NCBI RefSeq assembly: GCF_013004595.1
Contig: NZ_JABEMC010000001.1
Span: 186,001-250,000 of the forward strand
Direction of reading: 5' to 3'
DNA length: 64,000 nucleotides
From: Brevibacterium luteolum
GTDB taxonomy: Bacteria > Actinomycetota > Actinomycetes > Actinomycetales > Brevibacteriaceae
In this document: one piece after another, positions 59,848 to 64,000 of the stretch
Numbering within the stretch: position 1 is the first letter of the stretch
Layout: each line of letters begins with the position of its first letter
Program-made: the position numbers and the translations under genes
Notes under the pieces: model-generated
What the model was told of the DNA's origin: nothing
Database searches by the model: none
What the model saw: only the letters and a program-made list of their open reading frames with translations

Positions 59848-60665
59848 TGACCTTCGCCTTCGCTCCCGCCTGGCTGTTCGTCCCGGCAGATCGCCCCGAC
59901 CGCTACCGCAAGGCCGCCGACCGTTCCGATATCGTCATCGTCGACCTCGAAGATGCCGTCGCCGAGGCGGACAAGGCTGCCGCCCGGAAGGCCCTGGCTG
60001 AGCACTCCGCTGGCGATGATGCCCTCGATCCTGCCCGCACCGTCATCCGCGTCAACGCCCCGGACACCGAGCACTTCGCCGCTGATCTTGAGCTGCTCGG
60101 TCGGCTCCCGTTCACCCACGTCATGCTGCCCAAGGCAGAGGACGCGACCGGGCCCGAGGCGCTGGCCGGCTACCAGGTCATTGCGCTCATCGAGACGGCC
60201 GCCGGCGGCATCAACGCCGCCGAGGTCGCCGCTGCTGAGAACGTCGCCGCCCTCATGTGGGGTGCCGAGGACCTGACCGCCGACCTGGGCGGCGGATCCT
60301 CCCGCAAAGCCGATGGCACCTACCGGGACGTCTGCCGCACGGTGCGCTCACTCACCTTGCTCGCCGCCAAGGCCCACGGCAAGCGCGCCCTCGATTCGAT
60401 CTGGGCAGCCATCGACGATCTCGACGGCCTCGCTGTCGAGACCGAGGATGCCGTCGAATCCGGCTTCGACGGGAAGGTCTCGATCCATCCCAAGCACATC
60501 GCCGTCGTGCGTGAGGCGTTCGCCCCGACGGAGGAGCAGCTGACCTGGGCGCGTGAGGTGCTCGCACTCGCCGAGACCTCCTCAGGTGCTTTCAGCTATG
60601 AGGGCAAGATGATCGACGCCCCGCTGCTCAAACACGCCCAGACGATCGTGGACCGCGCCCGATGA
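59844..60665 (+). CDS. citE: Citrate lyase beta-like CoA ester lyase
   Basis: LFVPADRPDRY, DLEDAV, MLPK, LIETA, WGAEDL, IHP. Confidence 0.88.
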   Translation: MMTFAFAPAWLFVPADRPDRYRKAADRSDIVIVDLEDAVAEADKAAARKALAEHSAGDDALDPARTVIRVNAPDTEHFAADLELLGRLPFTHVMLPKAEDATGPEALAGYQVIALIETAAGGINAAEVAAAENVAALMWGAEDLTADLGGGSSRKADGTYRDVCRTVRSLTLLAAKAHGKRALDSIWAAIDDLDGLAVETEDAVESGFDGKVSIHPKHIAVVREAFAPTEEQLTWAREVLALAETSSGAFSYEGKMIDAPLLKHAQTIVDRAR

Positions 60666-61378
60666 CCGCACGGACAACCAGCGCCGCACCGATCACGGAC
60701 TTCGAACCGACCAGCCGCGTCGAGCCGACCACCGTCGCCGAACAGGTCGAGGCCGCACTGGCCGCCGCAGCCGACAACGACGGGATCATCCCGATCGTCG
60801 AAGCGGGGCACCCGGTGCTGCGCCAGCCGACCGAGGAGGTCGACGGGCAGATCGACGACGCGACCCTGACCCAGCTGGCCGAGGCGATGCGGACGACGAT
60901 GAACGCAGCCCCCGGCGTCGGGCTCGCCGCCCCGCAGGTCGGCATCAGCCTGCGGATGTTCGTCATCGAAGATCCGGCGCCGGTGCTCGGTGAGGTCGCC
61001 CGCATCCGCGAGCGCACACCCACCCCGTTCGCCGCGATCATCAACTCCCACTACGCACCCGTCGGCGATGAGCAGGTCGCCTTCTACGAAGGGTGCCTGT
61101 CGATTCCCGGTTATCAGGCCGTCGTCGCCCGTCCGCGGACGATCACGCTCACCGGCCACCACCTCGGCGGCGGCAGTATCGAACGGGAGGTCACCGGCTG
61201 GGAAGCGCGCATCGTCGCCCATGAGACCGACCACCTCGACGGGGTGCTCTACACCGATTTGGCCGAGATGCGCTCGCTGGCGACTTCGGCTCAGGTGGCG
61301 CGCTGGTGGAGCCAGCCGACCGCCGCCGAGGCCGCCCGCGCGCTCGGCTTCGAACTGCCCGACTCTCCGATCCTCTGA
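60662..61378 (+). CDS. def: Peptide deformylase
   Basis: GVGLAAPQ, EGCLS, HETDHLDG. Confidence 0.92.
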   Translation: MTARTTSAAPITDFEPTSRVEPTTVAEQVEAALAAAADNDGIIPIVEAGHPVLRQPTEEVDGQIDDATLTQLAEAMRTTMNAAPGVGLAAPQVGISLRMFVIEDPAPVLGEVARIRERTPTPFAAIINSHYAPVGDEQVAFYEGCLSIPGYQAVVARPRTITLTGHHLGGGSIEREVTGWEARIVAHETDHLDGVLYTDLAEMRSLATSAQVARWWSQPTAAEAARALGFELPDSPIL

Positions 61379-61435
61379 CCTGCCCGAATCCCTGACTCAA
61401 CCGATTCAGTCCGCCTACGGCCCAAGGAGCCCCAC

Positions 61436-62416
61436 ATGCGACTCAACCCGTTCGTAGCCGCGTCCGTCGACCTCGGCCTTGCCGGTCTTGCCGCGTTCCG
61501 CCCCTGGTGGGTGCCCGCAAAGCACCAGCAGACCGCCCGCCTCGTCTACGCCGGCGCCACCGGTGTGTTCTCCGCCGCCTCGGGCACGGACTCCTACACC
61601 GGTGTCATGCTGACAGATGATGAGAAGACCGAGAACGCCATCAACGCCGGTGTCGGCGTCGGCAGCGCTGTGCTCGCCTATGCCGCATGGCCGCTCATCA
61701 CCCGGTTCAACCGGTGGACCGATGACAAGCTCAGCAGCTGGGGCGTGAAGAACCCGCCGCTCGTCAGCGCCGCTGTCTCCATTGGAGCGACGACGTTGGC
61801 TCACGTGGCGCTCCTCGCGCTTGACAACAAGTTCGAGTGGGCAGCCGATGGGAGCTGGGACGACCTGTCCGAGCAGAAGATCGTGCTGCCGGCCCATGTG
61901 CGCGAGGCCGTCCTCGCACTGCTCGATGACAACCACGCCCTCGATGCGCAGACCGCGCAGGTGCTGCGCGACCAGTTCGCCGCAGCTGAGTTCTGGGCTA
62001 TGCGCGATGACGAGGCCGGCAGTGAAGAGCCCAGCGAATGGCACGTCAGCACCATCACCGTGCAGGTGCCCGACGATGCCGAACGCGTCGTCCCCTCCCG
62101 CCAGGCCTACCCGGTGCGCGGGCACATCATCGCCCCGGACGGCACCGACCTGTACCTCAGCATCGAGACCGCCGACGGCCGGATCGCGAGCATCGACCTG
62201 ACCGAGGACTACGACGTCTACCCGGACCTCGCCGCCGAGACAGAGGGCGAGGCCTTCGGCATGATCGGCAGCGCCGAGAATGCCGAGGACTGGGACGACG
62301 ATGCCGCTGAAGCTGACTGGGAGGCCCGCGAAGCACTGTTCGTGCTGCGCAACTGGCCGCGCGCCGGCGAGTTCGAGATCGTCTCCGACGCCGATCGGAT
62401 GCCGAACCTGAGCTGA
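61436..62416 (+). CDS. Hypothetical protein (N-terminal membrane part, acidic C-terminal domain)
   Basis: AAGGAG RBS, host-like codon usage, no recognised family. Confidence 0.65.
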   Translation: MRLNPFVAASVDLGLAGLAAFRPWWVPAKHQQTARLVYAGATGVFSAASGTDSYTGVMLTDDEKTENAINAGVGVGSAVLAYAAWPLITRFNRWTDDKLSSWGVKNPPLVSAAVSIGATTLAHVALLALDNKFEWAADGSWDDLSEQKIVLPAHVREAVLALLDDNHALDAQTAQVLRDQFAAAEFWAMRDDEAGSEEPSEWHVSTITVQVPDDAERVVPSRQAYPVRGHIIAPDGTDLYLSIETADGRIASIDLTEDYDVYPDLAAETEGEAFGMIGSAENAEDWDDDAAEADWEAREALFVLRNWPRAGEFEIVSDADRMPNLS

Positions 62417-62456
62417 GCGCAGTCTGCTGCGCCCAAGATCCGCATGGTAACTGTCG

Positions 62457-62489
62457 TTGACAACTTGAGTTCCGGTAACTAGAATTACC
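62457..62489 (+). promoter_or_regulatory. Near-consensus SigA promoter with an operator palindrome over the -10
   Basis: TTGACA(62457-62)-N17-TAGAAT(62480-85); GGTAA-N6-TTACC at 62474-62489. Confidence 0.75.
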
Positions 62490-62505
62490 AAAAAGCAGAG
62501 TGTAG

Positions 62506-62718
62506 ATGGAAGTCAAGGACAGTGCTCTCAAGCACGGGGTTCGGCCCGAGGACATTCGTCATGCTCTTGTCAATGTGATAATCGTGCATTTCTTTGATGA
62601 CTACAGGATGGTGGTCGGGCCCGCTCGGGACGGTTCGCTTCTAGAGGTCGCGGTGAACCGGTCAAGTGAGGTCATCCATGCGATGCCGGTTCGGCCCAAG
62701 TTCCTGCGGCGAAAGTGA
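62506..62718 (+). CDS. Small putative toxin (BrnT/RelE-like)
   Basis: SALKHGV..DIRHA..VGPARDGSLLEV..VIHAMP.R, 70 aa. Confidence 0.6.
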   Translation: MEVKDSALKHGVRPEDIRHALVNVIIVHFFDDYRMVVGPARDGSLLEVAVNRSSEVIHAMPVRPKFLRRK

Positions 62719-62728
62719 GGGATCAGCG

Positions 62729-62968
62729 ATGCGCAGCGATGAAGACCGGCTCGCAGAAATCGAATCTGGAGATGGCCCGGATCCGATTGCCTCAGTGTCG
62801 GGAGAACTGGCGCGTGTTGCGGTGGCTGCGATGGACGTGGAGGGTGCGGAGGCGTCGCTTAGAGATGCTGTTGCTTCTGCCCGACGGGCAGGACACACGT
62901 GGCAGTCGATCGGCGATGTGCTCGGCATGACTCGGCAAGGTGCGCTTAAACGATTTCGGGTGGCCTGA
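62729..62968 (+). CDS. Small putative antitoxin with C-terminal HTH
   Basis: Acidic N-terminus and AVASARRAGHTWQSIGDVLGMTRQGALKRF; GAGGG RBS. Confidence 0.65.
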   Translation: MRSDEDRLAEIESGDGPDPIASVSGELARVAVAAMDVEGAEASLRDAVASARRAGHTWQSIGDVLGMTRQGALKRFRVA

Positions 62969-63179
62969 CTGTTGCGCCATGCATCACTGGTTCTCATCGG
63001 TTGCACGGTGCTGATGTTCGACTCTTGACAGTTGCCGCTTTGAGCCGAAACCCTTACTCGTCCTGCCGTGGTCGCGGCAACTTAGGTTGCATCATTGGTG
63101 TTGCGCTTCCGCGTTCAGATGACAAGCACACTCGTCCTGGTCTGCAACTTTCGAGGCGTGCGTCGACTGCAGCACCCCT

Positions 63180-63205
63180 GGAATAACTCGCCGGCCGGGG
63201 TGGTT
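63180..63205 (+). promoter_or_regulatory. SigH/SigR-type promoter
   Basis: GGAAT-N18-GTT ending 9 nt before the msrA ATG. Confidence 0.7.
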
Positions 63206-63214
63206 CCGACGAAT

Positions 63215-63736
63215 ATGCAGACTTTGACCCTGGCCGCAGGGTGCTTCTGGTGTTTGGAGGCCATCTACCGGCAGACCCGCGGCGTCGACTCCGTCATCAG
63301 CGGCTATACCGGTGGTCACACCTCTGACCCGGACTACTACTCCGTGTGCTCGGGCACCACCGGCCATGCCGAGGCCCTGCAGGTGACCTTCGATGAGGAC
63401 GTCATCACCGACGACGTGATCCTCTCGATGTTCTTCACCTCGCATGACCCCACCAGCCTCAACCGGCAGGGCAACGACGTCGGCACCCAGTACCGTTCGG
63501 CGATGTTCTACCGCGACGAGGACGAACGGCAGCGCTTTGCCGCCGCCATCGAAGACGCCCAGGAGCTCTACGCGGAACCGATCGTCACCACTCTCGAACC
63601 GCTGGGCGACTTCCACGTCGCTGAGGACATCCACCAGGACTTCTACCAGCGCAACCGGTTCAACGGATACTGCATGTTCATCGTCGACCCCAAGCTCGCC
63701 GCCGCCCGGCGCGCCTACGCAGAATGGATGCAGTGA
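63215..63736 (+). CDS. msrA: Peptide-methionine (S)-sulfoxide reductase
   Basis: AGCFWCLE, SGYTGG, TTGHAE, NRQGNDVGTQYRS, AEDIHQDF, GYC. Confidence 0.95.
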   Translation: MQTLTLAAGCFWCLEAIYRQTRGVDSVISGYTGGHTSDPDYYSVCSGTTGHAEALQVTFDEDVITDDVILSMFFTSHDPTSLNRQGNDVGTQYRSAMFYRDEDERQRFAAAIEDAQELYAEPIVTTLEPLGDFHVAEDIHQDFYQRNRFNGYCMFIVDPKLAAARRAYAEWMQ

Positions 63737-64000
63737 TGAGCCACCCACAGCCTGCCGCCACCCGCTTCGACGACCCGGTGCTGGCCGCGATGGCCGCCCG
63801 CCGCTCGATCTCGAAGGTCGGCTCGCAGACCCCGAACGACGACGAGCTCCTCGCCCTCCTCGACGCCGTCACCCCGGTCGCCGATCACAAGGCGCTCAAA
63901 CCGTGGCGACTGCTGACGATCCGCGGCGACGACCGTCTCCGGCTCGGTGCGGCCCTCGACGCAGCCGCCGGACGCGAACCCGGTGACAAGCCGAACCCCA
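63736..64000 (+). CDS. Nitroreductase family protein (partial, runs off the window)
   Basis: Manual translation MSHPQ..ARRSISKV..PVADHKALKPWRLL; TGATG overlap with msrA. Confidence 0.75.
   Translation, partial: MSHPQPAATRFDDPVLAAMAARRSISKVGSQTPNDDELLALLDAVTPVADHKALKPWRLLTIRGDDRLRLGAALDAAAGREPGDKPNP

Overview
High-GC actinobacterial chromosome segment (Micrococcales, Brevibacterium-like; inferred from gene order and codon style). The left half is conserved backbone: nth, NUDIX hydrolase, acs, an ssd/tad (Flp pilus) cluster, a DUF1998 helicase, topA, a membrane-fused tmk, holB and tRNA-Thr(CGT). After the tRNA come an orphan XRE gene and a yeeE-tusA sulfur module preceded by an unannotated Cys-rich leader peptide. 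The right half is a BkaR-like leucine/branched-chain catabolic region (tetR, two carboxylase subunits, acyl-CoA dehydrogenase, frameshifted acyl-CoA synthetase, maoC, citE) interrupted by accessory DNA. That DNA includes two tandem paralogous membrane genes; a ~7.5 kb low-GC island (HAD, amidase, GntR, urea-transporter-family channel, pseudokinase plus choline/ethanolamine-type kinase, Zn carbamoylase) joined to a GlnA4-type gamma-glutamylation operon; a low-GC membrane protein with lysozyme-like motifs; and, most strikingly, one ORF fusing a complete SF2 DExH (XPB/Rad25-like) helicase to an RpoD-type sigma70 domain. The window ends with peptide deformylase, a small TA-like pair under a near-consensus promoter, msrA under a SigH-type promoter and a partial nitroreductase. 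No CRISPR array, rRNA, integrase or transposase was seen. All family calls are from motif recognition by eye, not database searches.
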